This document shows, piece after piece, positions 1-9,942 of a stretch of 64,000 bases of DNA (the stretch's first letter is position 1; each line of letters begins with the position of its first letter). The DNA comes from an uncultured Planctomycetales bacterium. GTDB lineage: Bacteria; Omnitrophota; Gorgyraeia; Zapsychrales; JAHFFX01. A model generated the notes under the pieces. It was not told where the DNA came from, searched no databases, and saw only the letters and a list, made by a program, of their open reading frames with translations. The stretch spans positions 969 through 64,968 of the forward strand of contig CAZTCI010000003.1 in NCBI GenBank assembly GCA_964612665.1, in the 5' to 3' direction. Both the position numbers and the translations under genes were made by a program.

Positions 1-3000
1 CCCATGTCGTTCCAATTCACGCCGGCATCGCTCATCACGTCGACATCTGACCAGTTGATTCCTGTATTGGACAAATCATTCAAGCTCGACCAATTAATCC
101 CAATCATACTCATTGCGTTTAAATCAGACCAATTCACACCAATACTACTCATGATATTCAAATCAGACCAATTGACACCGGCATCGCTCATGATATCGAT
201 ATCTATCCAGTTAATGCCAGCATCCGTCAAGATATCAAGATCCGACCAATTAACACCAGAATCGGAGAGAATATCCAGATCCGACCAATTCACGCCGACA
301 TTACTCAAGATATTAATGTCCGACCAATTAATTCCCGACGTTGTCATCTCATTAATATTACTCCAGTTGACACCAATAGTTGAAAGCACAGTAATGTCAT
401 TCCAGTTGACACCAGCATCACTTAAGATATCAATATCAAGCCAATTAACACCGGCGTCGCTCATAATATCGATATCCAGCCAGTTGATACCAGCGTCAGA
501 TAAAGTATCTAGATCAGTCCAATTGACACCAGCGTTGCTTAGAATATTGATGTCACCCCAGTTAATTCCAGCGTCGCTCAAAATATCAAGATCAGCCCAA
601 TTGACACCAGTCGTACTTAAGACATTGATATCTGTCCAATTAATTCCCGACGAGGTAAGCGCGCCTAAATCTTCCCAGTTGACACCCGATTGATTTAAAA
701 CGCTTAAATCGATCCAGTTAATACCGGAGCTGGTTAGATCATTTAAGTTAGACCAATTCACGCCGTTGTTGGTTAAAACCGACAGATCATTCCAATTAAC
801 ACCAGAATCACTCAAAATATCCAGATCCGCCCAATTCACTCCGGCAGTACTTAAAACCGTAATGTCATTCCAGTTGATGCCGGCATCACTCAAAATATCT
901 AAATCCGACCAGTTGATGCCAGCGTCGGAAAGAATGTCCATATCGATCCAATTGATTCCAGCATCGCTTAGGACATCGATATCAGCCCAGTTCACACCAG
1001 CATCACTTAAAATATCCAGATCAGCCCAGTTCACACCGGTGGTACTTAAAACACCTACATCAGTCCAATTGATTCCTGTCGTCGTTAAAGCGCCAAGATC
1101 ATTCCAGTTGATGCCGGTCGCGCTTAAAACACTAACATCGTTCCAATTAATTCCGCTGGTTGTCATTTCATTTAGATTCGACCAATTAACACCGCTCGTG
1201 CTAATCACATCGAGATCGTTCCAATTGACGCCAGTGTCGCTTAAAATATCCAGATCCGCCCAATTCACGCCGGCGTCACTTAAGATGTCGATATCAAGCC
1301 AATTAATGCCAGCGTCGGACAAAACATCCAAGTCCGCCCAATTCACACCGGCGTTACTTAAAATATTAACGTCATTCCAATTAATGCCAGCGTCACTCAA
1401 AACATCAATGTCCGCCCAATTCACGCCGGCGTTAGTCAAGGTATTAATATCAGACCAGTTAATTCCGGCATCACTCATGATATCCAAATCAGCCCAGTTG
1501 ACGCCGGCCGCCGTGAAGACACTAAGATCACTCCAATTGACACCCGTTGTCGACAACGACCCTAAATCATTCCAGTTGACACCAACGTTAGTTAAAATAT
1601 TAATGTCCGACCAGTTAATCCCGGAAGTGGTCATATCATTAATGTTCGTCCAATTCACACCACTTGTTGTCAGCACCGTGATATCATTCCAATTCAATCC
1701 AGCGTCGGAAAGAATATCCAGATCCGCCCAGTTGACGCCCGCGTCGCTTAAGATATCAATATCAAGCCAGTTGATTCCTGCATCTGACAACACATCCATA
1801 TCCGCCCAGTTGACGCCGGCGTCGCTTAAGATATCGAGATCAGCCCAGTTAATTCCGGCATCACTTAAAATATCAAGGTCAGCCCAGTTCACACCGGTTG
1901 TGCTTAAAACTGTTAAATCACTCCAGTTGATGCCCGCGTCACTCAAAACATCGAGATCCGCCCAGTTGAGTCCGGCCGTCGATAAAACACCGACATCATT
2001 CCAATTGATTCCCGTCGTCGATAAAGCGGCGAAATCATTCCAATTAACACCCGCATCACTTAAGATATCAACATCCGACCAATTAATGCCGACGGTTGAA
2101 AGCTCACTGATATTGTTCCAATTAATTCCGGTGGTTGAAATGACGCCTATATCAGACCAATTCAAACCCGTATCACTCATGATATCCAAATCCGACCAGT
2201 TAATGCCGGCGTCACTCAAAATATCCAAGTCCGTCCAATTAATGCCGGCATCACTTAAAATATCAAGATCCGCCCAATTCACACCCGTCTGACTTAAAAC
2301 ATCAATATCCGACCAATTAAGACCTGCGTTTGAAAGCGAGGCTAAGTCACTCCAATTCGTTCCGATATTACTTAAGACATTCATATCCGACCAATTAATT
2401 CCTGTCGTCGTTAAAACAGTCAAATCAATCCAATTCACTCCTGCGTCGGATAAAATATCGATATCCAACCAATTGATGCCGGCACCAGACATGTCATTTA
2501 AATTCGCCCAGTTGACACCGCTATCGCTCATCACGTCGATATCGGTCCAGTTGATCCCTGCGTCTGAGAGAACGTCAATATCCAGCCAGTTGATGCCGGC
2601 ATCGCTTAAGATATCCAAATCAGCCCAATTAATTCCGGTTGTGCTGATCACACCAAAATCATTCCAGTTAATTCCCGTGTTGCTTAAAACATTAAGATCT
2701 GACCAGTTTAAGCCACCGGTTGTCATGTCACTGATACTTGTCCAGTTAACACCGGTCGTGCTTAACACCGTCAGATCATTCCAATTTAATCCGGCGTCAC
2801 TCATCGCATCCAAATCCGCCCAATTCACGCCCGCGTTACTTAAAACATTAACATCCAGCCAATTAATCCCCACATCGCTTAAAATATCCAGATCCGCCCA
2901 ATTCACACCCGCATCACTTAAAATATCAATATCCACCCAGTTGATTCCAGCGTCTGAAAGAATATCTAAATCTGACCAATTAATTCCGGCATCGCTTAGG

Positions 3001-6000
3001 ATGTCCAAGTCCGCCCAATTCACACCGGTATTTGTTAAAACAGTCAAGTCATTCCAATTAATTCCAGCGTTGCTTAAAATCGTCATGTCATACCAGTTAA
3101 TTCCCGTTGTCGTTAAAGTTCCAATATCACTCCAATTAATACCCGTGACACTTAAGGCGCTCAAATCATTCCAATTCACTCCAGCATCACTTAAGATATC
3201 AACGTCAGCCCAGTTTAGACCTGCTGTCGTCATTTCATTAATGTTGCTCCAATTGACACCGATATTTGATAAAACACCTAAATCACTCCAGTTGATTCCA
3301 GTTGTGCTAAGAGAAGACCAATCAGCCCAGTTGATTCCGGCATCGCTTAAAATATCCAGGTCACTCCAGTTGATTCCAGCGTCGGAAATAATATCCAGAT
3401 CCGTCCAATTGATCCCGGCATCACTTAAGATATCCAGATCAGCCCAATTAATTCCAGCATCGCTTAGAATGTCCAAGTCCGCCCAATTCACACCGGCGTC
3501 ACTTAAAATATCGACATCCGACCAATTAATTCCCGCCGTTGATAACGCCCCGAAATCATTCCAATTAACACCCGAAGCACTTAAAACGCCGACATCTGTC
3601 CAGTTGATTCCGGATGTGCTCATCTCATCGATGTTCGACCAATTAACGCCCGTCGCTGATAAAACCGTTAAATCATTCCAGTTGACGCCGGTCGTACTCA
3701 AAACCGTCAAATCAGACCAATTGACACCCGCATCGCTTAAAATATCAAGATCAGCCCAATTAATGCCAGCGTCAGAAAGAATATCTAAATCCGCCCAGTT
3801 GACACCCGTATTACTTAAGACATTAATATCATTCCAATTGATACCAGCGTCAGAAAGAATATCTAAATCCGCCCAGTTCACGCCCGCATCACTTAAGATA
3901 TCGATATCAACCCAGTTGATTCCCGCGTCAGACAAAATATCCAAATCAGACCAATTCACGCCAGCGCTGCTCATTACATTAATATCTGACCAATTCAGTC
4001 CAACGGTGCTAAATACCGTTAGGTCCGCCCAGTTCACACCTGAATCACTTAATATATCAACATCCGCCCAATTGATGCCGGCAACGGTCATTTCGTTGAT
4101 GTTCGTCCAGTTAACGCCGACATTGGACATGACGGTCAAATCACTCCAATTAATACTGGAACTGCTCAACACCGTCAGATCCGTCCAATTTACACCTGCA
4201 TCACTTAAAATATCCATATCCAACCAATTAATACCAGCGTCGGAAAGGATATCCAAGTCCGCCCAATTCACACCTGCATCACTCAAAATATCCAAGTCCG
4301 CCCAGTTAATGCCGGCATCGCTTAAAACATCCATGTCCGCCCAATTCACACCTGCGTCACTCAATACATCGAGATCTGACCAATTGATTCCAGAAGTTGA
4401 CAAAGCACCGATATCAGCCCAATTAACACCCGTTGCGCTAATGACATCAATATCCATCCAGTTGATTCCGGATGTTGTCAAATCATTAAGACTTGACCAA
4501 TTGACGCCCGTCGTAGTTAGCACCGATAAATCATTCCAGTTAACACCGGTGTCGCTCATCACATCAATGTCGAGCCAGTTCACGCCCGCGTCACTCAAGA
4601 TATCAATATCAGCCCAATTAATTCCCGCATCAGAAAGAATATCCAAGTCTGCCCAATTCACGCCTGCGTTACTTAAAACAGTGAAATCATTCCAATTAAT
4701 TCCGGCATCACTTAAGATATCGAGATCCACCCAGTTGACACCAGCATTGCTTAGCGTATTAATATCGGCCCAATTAACTCCGGCATCAGAAAGAATATCC
4801 AAGTCCGCCCAATTCACGCCCGCATCACTTAAAATATCCATGTCCGTCCAGTTAATGCCAGCGGTCGTTAAAGCGCCAACATCGGCCCAGTTAACGCCGC
4901 TTGTTGCGATAACATTAATGTCGGTCCAGTTAATTCCTGTCGTCGATAAAGCACCAATATCGCTCCAGTTCACACCCGCATCACTTAAAATATCTAAGTC
5001 AGCCCAATTGATTCCAGCGTCGGATAAAACATCGAGATCCGCCCAATTCACGCCTGCATTACTTAAGACATTCATGTCCGTCCAGTTAATCCCGGCATCC
5101 GAAAGGATATCTAAATCAGCCCAATTGACGCCTGCGTCACTTAAAACGTCGATATCAAGCCAATTAATTCCAGCATCGCTTAAAATATCTAAATCGCTCC
5201 AATTAATTCCAGCATCGCTTAAAATATCCAAATCACTCCAATTGACACCAGACGTTGTCAAAGCGCCGACATCATTCCAATTAATACCAGCATCGCTGAG
5301 GATATCAACGTCTGACCAATTGATGCCTGAAGCTGTCATATCATTGATATTTGTCCAGTTGACACCAATTGTTGACATCACATTCATGTCTGACCAGTTG
5401 ATCCCCGCCGTGGTTAGTGTATCCACATCCAACCAATTAACGCCTGCGTCAGTCATGATATCTAGATCCGCCCAATTGATTCCCGCCGTTCCCAACGTAT
5501 TAAAATCAGTCCAATTAATTCCCGCATCACTTAAAGTGTCCAAGTCCGTCCAGTTAATGCCATCAGTACTGAGAATGTCGACATCCGTCCAGTTGATCCC
5601 ACTTAAAGTCATCACGGCCATATCATTCCAGTTAAGTCCGGCAACCGACATAACCGTTAAGTCACCCCAGTTGACACCCGCGTTAGAAAGTGTGGCCAAA
5701 TCATCCCAATTAATAGTTGAATCCCAGTTGACACCCGCCCCACTCATATAGGCAATGTCATACCAATTAACACCAGCGGTACTTAAAAATTGCAAATTGT
5801 CCCAGTTAATGTTGGCATCGCTTAAAATATCGAGATCACTCCAGTTGACGCCTGCATCACTCAAAATATCAAGGTCTGCCCAATTGACACCCGCGTCGCT
5901 TAAGATATCAACATCGGCCCAATTAACACCGGCATCACTCATCACATCAATATCCAGCCAATTTATTCCCGACGTCGATAAACTAAAAAGATCTGTCCAG

Positions 6001-7121
6001 TTAATGCCAGCATCGCTCAAAATATCAATGTCATACCAATTAATTCCGGCCTTACTAACGGATTCGATATCATCCCAATTAACATTAGCCATACTATCCG
6101 TGACATTTTTAATACTGGACACATTGGATTTTAAAACATCAACATCTGCCCAGTTGATTGTGTCAGTCGCGGCTTTGATGTCGCTGATGTTTAACCAATT
6201 GATCGTATCGGTTGAAGATTTAATGTCAGTGACGTTGGTCCAATTAATAGTATCGGTTTTACCGCGGATTGTGGCGAGTTGAGCATCTTGAAGAGAATAC
6301 GTAACAGTTCCCGTAAAGGTAAGCGTGTTATAGGTGATCGTGACAACACCAATGTAGGATTCATTACGGCTGGAAGGAATCCAACCATTATTACTCTTAA
6401 ACCAATCAGCGGAGGCATCGACAGTGAGCGATAAGGCGCTACAGTTTCCGCCGCAACCCGTGTCTAACGTCGTCCCATTAGATTTATAAATGGCCACGGT
6501 ACAAGTTTCAGTCCCACCCAAATCAACAATGCGGCCATCCGCTTCAAGCCAAGCCACTAAATCAATTTCATCACCGCTGGCCCCATAGGTCACCTTTGAC
6601 TGAACAGTTAAAGGAACAATTCTGAAACTGTTTGAAGTCCCTGTATACGTTACTGAACTGATGGTCGTTGAAGCCTTCAGAGTGTAAAGCAATCCGGGCT
6701 TGTTAATCTTTAGTCCCTTGCCAGAAAAGTCCGCCACCCCACTCGTCATAGTCATACTAGTTGTACCACCGAGCGTACTGCTTCCACCAGAATCGTTACT
6801 AATGGAAAGCGTAACCGTGGCGCTGCTATTATTAACAGTGTTGCCGTTAATGTCTTTTAAAGTAAGGACAGGTTGGGGACTAAAAACAGTATTGGGATAA
6901 GCGTCGGGAACAGTTCCGGTAAAACTTAAATAGGAAGGATCTCCAGCCCCTGCTTGGCCGGATGAAGAACTGGCAGAGGAAGAACCATCGTATCCCCCGC
7001 CAGTGTATTGGGCATAAACTGAGGAAAAGAAAGAACCGCTCAAGAGGAGTACTAATATAAGAGTACACTCTACCCCTCTGCGGACAAAATTCGCTCTACG
7101 TTCCGTTATGTTTTCGGTCAT
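1..7121 (-). CDS. giant secreted repeat protein, partial (C-terminus beyond window start). It has a signal peptide and a ~270-aa Thr/Ser/Gly-rich N-terminal domain, then at least 160 tandem 13-aa repeats (I/V)NWxD(L/V)DILSDAG.
   Basis: Manual minus-strand translation, codon low coordinate = 0 mod 3. ATG at 7119-7121 follows an in-frame TAA at 7143-7145. N-terminus reads MTENITERRANFVRRGVECTLILVLLLSGSFFSSVYA-Q, a classic signal peptide. I translated about 1.7 kb (7121 down to ~5400) with no stop. The plus-strand frame stays in one phase across 4..6282 with only three stops, so there are no indels and the minus frame is preserved throughout. Neighbouring genes are all minus-strand. The ORF track omits it because it lacks an in-window stop. 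Confidence 0.8.
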   Translation of the reverse strand, partial: MTENITERRANFVRRGVECTLILVLLLSGSFFSSVYAQYTGGGYDGSSSASSSSGQAGAGDPSYLSFTGTVPDAYPNTVFSPQPVLTLKDINGNTVNNSSATVTLSISNDSGGSSTLGGTTSMTMTSGVADFSGKGLKINKPGLLYTLKASTTISSVTYTGTSNSFRIVPLTVQSKVTYGASGDEIDLVAWLEADGRIVDLGGTETCTVAIYKSNGTTLDTGCGGNCSALSLTVDASADWFKSNNGWIPSSRNESYIGVVTITYNTLTFTGTVTYSLQDAQLATIRGKTDTINWTNVTDIKSSTDTINWLNISDIKAATDTINWADVDVLKSNVSSIKNVTDSMANVNWDDIESVSKAGINWYDIDILSDAGINWTDLFSLSTSGINWLDIDVMSDAGVNWADVDILSDAGVNWADLDILSDAGVNWSDLDILSDANINWDNLQFLSTAGVNWYDIAYMSGAGVNWDSTINWDDLATLSNAGVNWGDLTVMSVAGLNWNDMAVMTLSGINWTDVDILSTDGINWTDLDTLSDAGINWTDFNTLGTAGINWADLDIMTDAGVNWLDVDTLTTAGINWSDMNVMSTIGVNWTNINDMTASGINWSDVDILSDAGINWNDVGALTTSGVNWSDLDILSDAGINWSDLDILSDAGINWLDIDVLSDAGVNWADLDILSDAGINWTDMNVLSNAGVNWADLDVLSDAGINWADLDILSDAGVNWSDIGALSTTGINWTDINVIATSGVNWADVGALTTAGINWTDMDILSDAGVNWADLDILSDAGVNWADINTLSNAGVNWVDLDILSDAGINWNDFTVLSNAGVNWADLDILSDAGINWADIDILSDAGVNWLDIDVMSDTGVNWNDLSVLTTTGVNWSSLNDLTTSGINWMDIDVISATGVNWADIGALSTSGINWSDLDVLSDAGVNWADMDVLSDAGINWADLDILSDAGVNWADLDILSDAGINWLDMDILSDAGVNWTDLTVLSSSSINWSDLTVMSNVGVNWTNINEMTVAGINWADVDILSDSGVNWADLTVFSTVGLNWSDINVMSSAGVNWSDLDILSDAGINWVDIDILSDAGVNWADLDILSDAGINWNDINVLSNTGVNWADLDILSDAGINWADLDILSDAGVNWSDLTVLSTTGVNWNDLTVLSATGVNWSNIDEMSTSGINWTDVGVLSASGVNWNDFGALSTAGINWSDVDILSDAGVNWADLDILSDAGINWADLDILSDAGINWTDLDIISDAGINWSDLDILSDAGINWADWSSLSTTGINWSDLGVLSNIGVNWSNINEMTTAGLNWADVDILSDAGVNWNDLSALSVTGINWSDIGTLTTTGINWYDMTILSNAGINWNDLTVLTNTGVNWADLDILSDAGINWSDLDILSDAGINWVDIDILSDAGVNWADLDILSDVGINWLDVNVLSNAGVNWADLDAMSDAGLNWNDLTVLSTTGVNWTSISDMTTGGLNWSDLNVLSNTGINWNDFGVISTTGINWADLDILSDAGINWLDIDVLSDAGINWTDIDVMSDSGVNWANLNDMSGAGINWLDIDILSDAGVNWIDLTVLTTTGINWSDMNVLSNIGTNWSDLASLSNAGLNWSDIDVLSQTGVNWADLDILSDAGINWTDLDILSDAGINWSDLDIMSDTGLNWSDIGVISTTGINWNNISELSTVGINWSDVDILSDAGVNWNDFAALSTTGINWNDVGVLSTAGLNWADLDVLSDAGINWSDLTVLSTTGVNWADLDILSDAGINWADLDILSDAGVNWADMDVLSDAGINWLDIDILSDAGVNWADLDILSDAGLNWNDITVLTTSGVNWTNINDMTTSGINWSDINILTNVGVNWNDLGSLSTTGVNWSDLSVFTAAGVNWADLDIMSDAGINWSDINTLTNAGVNWADIDVLSDAGINWNDVNILSNAGVNWADLDVLSDAGINWLDIDILSDAGVNWADLDILSDTGVNWNDLDVISTSGVNWSNLNEMTTSGINWNDVSVLSATGINWNDLGALTTTGINWTDVGVLSTTGVNWADLDILSDAGVNWADIDVLSDAGINWIDMDILSDAGINWSDLDILSDAGINWNDITVLSTAGVNWADLDILSDSGVNWNDLSVLTNNGVNWSNLNDLTSSGINWIDLSVLNQSGVNWEDLGALTSSGINWTDINVLSTTGVNWADLDILSDAGINWGDINILSNAGVNWTDLDTLSDAGINWLDIDIMSDAGVNWLDIDILSDAGVNWNDITVLSTIGVNWSNINEMTTSGINWSDINILSNVGVNWSDLDILSDSGVNWSDLDILTDAGINWIDIDIMSDAGVNWSDLNIMSSIGVNWSDLNAMSMIGINWSSLNDLSNTGINWSDVDVMSDAGVNWNDM

Positions 7122-7241
7122 TCCAGGGATCAACTGGACTGGTTATTTTTTGAAGATATTCTGACTGCCTGATGAGTGACAGATGCCACAGAATCTTCAA
7201 AAACTCAAAAATAATTTATAAAAACGCCTAAAAATCTACCG

Positions 7242-8840
7242 CTATGAACCGTCGTAAGTCCTAACACCGCGGCCGCCATAATTATTAGCTCTTGCCGTAT
7301 CCGTATTAGCGGCCTTGCTGCGATCAGAAATTCTTAAAGCTGTATTTGCAGAATCCCAGGCCCCGCCTTTTTCACCGGCGCCAGTCGCGCCCGTAACACC
7401 ATGAGACGCTGTACCATCGCCCGAGACCCAACCTGAGGTATTAGCATTACCTTCATAAGAGGCCACGACATCCACGGTTCCATCCCCATGCCCGCCGGTG
7501 TACGCAATTCCCGTCGAGTTACCAATCGTAACCACCCGTTCCCACAAATCGCCTGACATTTGCATAACTCCATAATAACTGGCCCCGGCCGCTTCCCTGG
7601 TGCTGCTGGCTGTTGCAAAAATGCCCGCGCGTAACGGTCCGAAAACATATTCACTTCCTAAAAAGTCATCGCCGCGGCTAAACGTTGTCGAATTATAATT
7701 GGCATTGGCACTGTTTGTTAAAACCGTTTCTAATCCCAACTCGGCGCTTCCTGAAATTGTTACGGCCGCCGTAAGATTAGTGCTCCCCCACGCATACTCA
7801 CCGGAGACCGCGCTCAAAGGACCACGGCAAATTTTTTCATACTCAAGTTCTGTCATAGGTCGAAGTCCGACCCAATCTAAATACGCCGATAAATCCATCC
7901 AACTGATATAACTTACCGGCCGGTCACTGCGAGATGTACTCGCGACACCAGCAGCTTGAGAAATACTATTGCGCTTGACAACGCTGTCGGAATTTTTGCC
8001 ACCGTTTGTGTTACTCGTAATATCGCGGTTCGTTTGAGCACTGCTGCCGATATTATTAATGAAGTCAACCCACTGACCTTCAGTAATCGGATATTTCATA
8101 CAATAAAAAGCGGCATAACCTTTAGGGAAAGCCGCAGGGATTGTAAATTCCGCACCCGTCGAGGATTCACCAGCATTACTTCCGGAAACATAATAATATC
8201 CATCCGAAACCAATTGATTCACATTGATAGCACCTTCACTTGATATATACCAGGGATCTGTGTCGCCGGATCCTTGTTTAAGACTTCCTGTCGAAGAAGT
8301 ATCACCCGCGTAAAATGGTGACGTGGGAATATAAACCATTTCTATGCCAATCACTTTAACCGAGATGGTGTCCGTGTCAGCAGCGCCAGCAGCTGCATAA
8401 TCAAGCTTCAGACGAACGTTATGCGTTGAGACTGTCCCCGAGCCCGTTGATTTCCGTCGAATAAAAGCCCCAACTTTGTCGGAAGGAACATAAATTTCTA
8501 AATCGTTACTGGCGCTGGTTCCAGGAGAAGTTCCAGCGGGATCAGTTCCAGCATTTTTCATGTTTCCATGGACAGGCGTGCCGCTGTTGATTGTAACTTT
8601 TAATACAACCCAAACAGCGTCATGATTGGTAGGAGTTCGCCAGGAATTATCCCAGCTCAAATCAAATTGAACAATCGCTGTATCTGCCGAAGAATCGCGA
8701 TCCTGCAAAGAGACATTCGAAATGACCAAATTATTTGCCCTCGCCGGTAAAACAACTACTGTCAAAAAAGCGTTAAACACGAAAAATAAAATGCCGAATA
8801 ATTTTTTGTTTTTTGTTTCGCGCATGCCAAACCATTTCAA
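7242..8840 (-). CDS. secreted FGE-sulfatase/SUMF1/EgtB-family domain protein (GldJ-like fold)
   Basis: N-terminal signal peptide. Motifs match the formylglycine-generating-enzyme domain: YCMKYPITEGQWVDFIN, RPVSYISWMDLSAYLDWVGLRPMTELEYEKICRG, SGDLWERV, and the C-terminal GGAW...RISDRS...GGRGVR. Confidence 0.65.
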   Translation of the reverse strand: MKWFGMRETKNKKLFGILFFVFNAFLTVVVLPARANNLVISNVSLQDRDSSADTAIVQFDLSWDNSWRTPTNHDAVWVVLKVTINSGTPVHGNMKNAGTDPAGTSPGTSASNDLEIYVPSDKVGAFIRRKSTGSGTVSTHNVRLKLDYAAAGAADTDTISVKVIGIEMVYIPTSPFYAGDTSSTGSLKQGSGDTDPWYISSEGAINVNQLVSDGYYYVSGSNAGESSTGAEFTIPAAFPKGYAAFYCMKYPITEGQWVDFINNIGSSAQTNRDITSNTNGGKNSDSVVKRNSISQAAGVASTSRSDRPVSYISWMDLSAYLDWVGLRPMTELEYEKICRGPLSAVSGEYAWGSTNLTAAVTISGSAELGLETVLTNSANANYNSTTFSRGDDFLGSEYVFGPLRAGIFATASSTREAAGASYYGVMQMSGDLWERVVTIGNSTGIAYTGGHGDGTVDVVASYEGNANTSGWVSGDGTASHGVTGATGAGEKGGAWDSANTALRISDRSKAANTDTARANNYGGRGVRTYDGS

Positions 8841-8887
8841 ACTTACGAATAATTCACGAACACGTTCAATTAATAAAAAGATCCCGA

Positions 8888-9871
8888 TTAATAATCGTAT
8901 TTCGCGTTCTTCAACTGCTCTTTATCCTCAGCCTTGTCCAAAGGAGAGTCAATGCTGGATTTTAATTCCATTCTGGCTTTGTTAATTTTATCTTTTACAA
9001 AAGCGGCATCGTCGGCACTGGGATTCAAATATAAATACTGCTGATAATGTTTGAGCGCTGTTTTTTGATCACTTAAATATTCACCGCTGACAAAAGCGAG
9101 ATTATAGTGACTGGCAGCATCGAAGGGCATAATCTCAACGGCTTGCGAATATTCCCATGCGGCCTTTTGATAATCGCCTTGCTGGAAAAAAACATTCCCC
9201 ATGTTGTAATGAACTTTCGCGGAATCTTTTTTCAGACGATCATTTTCATTATTTAACTCTGAAACTTTAGAAACAACGCCTTGAACTTCTTCAGGATTAT
9301 TGACATCGATTGTGGTGGCTGCTTCCGCCGGGGCTTTCATCGCTTCCATTTCTTTGTGCCATTTCTCTTCCAAAGTTAATTGCTCTTCCAATTTCTTATA
9401 TTTTGCCTGCCATTCAGCATCTTTTTGGTCTACGGCTGCTTGAAGTTTTTTGATTTGCGCGTCTTGATCATCTTTAGTTCTGGCGATATCTTCCAGTTTT
9501 CGACCCAAGTCTTCTTTTTCGGATAAGGCCGTTGTTAGACGGTTCGCGTCGACCGCTTTCTGACCGTTTAACTGCTTTAAGTCAGAAGCCATTTTTTGAT
9601 TTTCCTTCATCAGCTGTTCATTTTCTTCAACAGCATTCTTCAGACTTTGATTAATTCTGATGATTTGCTGTTCTTTAAAAGAGACATCCAATCCTCCCGA
9701 CATGCCTTCATCCATAACGGCCTGGTCGAGATCAACCTGGTTTTGGACCGCCCCTTGAGATGTCTCAGCGGCATGACCTAAGCCGGCGGCGAAAAACAAG
9801 CCGCAAAACCCTAACCATCCCAGAATTGGGACGATTGGCATTTTTGAATATCGTGAGGATTTTTTAAACAT
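8888..9871 (-). CDS. secreted coiled-coil / TPR-repeat protein
   Basis: Signal peptide. Central heptad-rich, Q/K/E-rich segment. C-terminal TPR-like repeats (GNVFFQQGDYQKAAWEYSQAVEI..., YNLAFV..., ALKHYQQYLYLNP). Confidence 0.6.
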   Translation of the reverse strand: MFKKSSRYSKMPIVPILGWLGFCGLFFAAGLGHAAETSQGAVQNQVDLDQAVMDEGMSGGLDVSFKEQQIIRINQSLKNAVEENEQLMKENQKMASDLKQLNGQKAVDANRLTTALSEKEDLGRKLEDIARTKDDQDAQIKKLQAAVDQKDAEWQAKYKKLEEQLTLEEKWHKEMEAMKAPAEAATTIDVNNPEEVQGVVSKVSELNNENDRLKKDSAKVHYNMGNVFFQQGDYQKAAWEYSQAVEIMPFDAASHYNLAFVSGEYLSDQKTALKHYQQYLYLNPSADDAAFVKDKINKARMELKSSIDSPLDKAEDKEQLKNAKYDY

Positions 9872-9942
9872 ACCCTTTCTCCTTTTTCTTGAATTAAGCT
9901 TCTGTGAACCTTCGGATGTAAAAGAGCACCTCAGGTTATCTA

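Noticed and set aside
4-6282. Four long plus-strand ORFs (229, 508, 1092 and 175 aa) encoding QLTPASLKISRSAQF-type low-complexity repeats
   Set aside because: They are interrupted by three stops, have no RBS or signal features, and run antisense to all neighbours. The opposite strand carries an uninterrupted frame with a proper start, signal peptide and a coherent 13-mer protein repeat. They are antisense shadow ORFs created because the complement of the repeat lacks stops.
6191-7068. Short ORFs 6191..6418(-), 6700..6900(+) and 6880..7068(-)
   Set aside because: They lie in the wrong frames or strand inside the N-terminal domain of the giant minus-strand gene. They have no motifs or start context.
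7334-8243. Nested ORFs inside the FGE-like gene (7334..7654-, 7699..7911+, 7956..8243+)
   Set aside because: They are fully contained within a well-supported longer CDS and show no independent signals.
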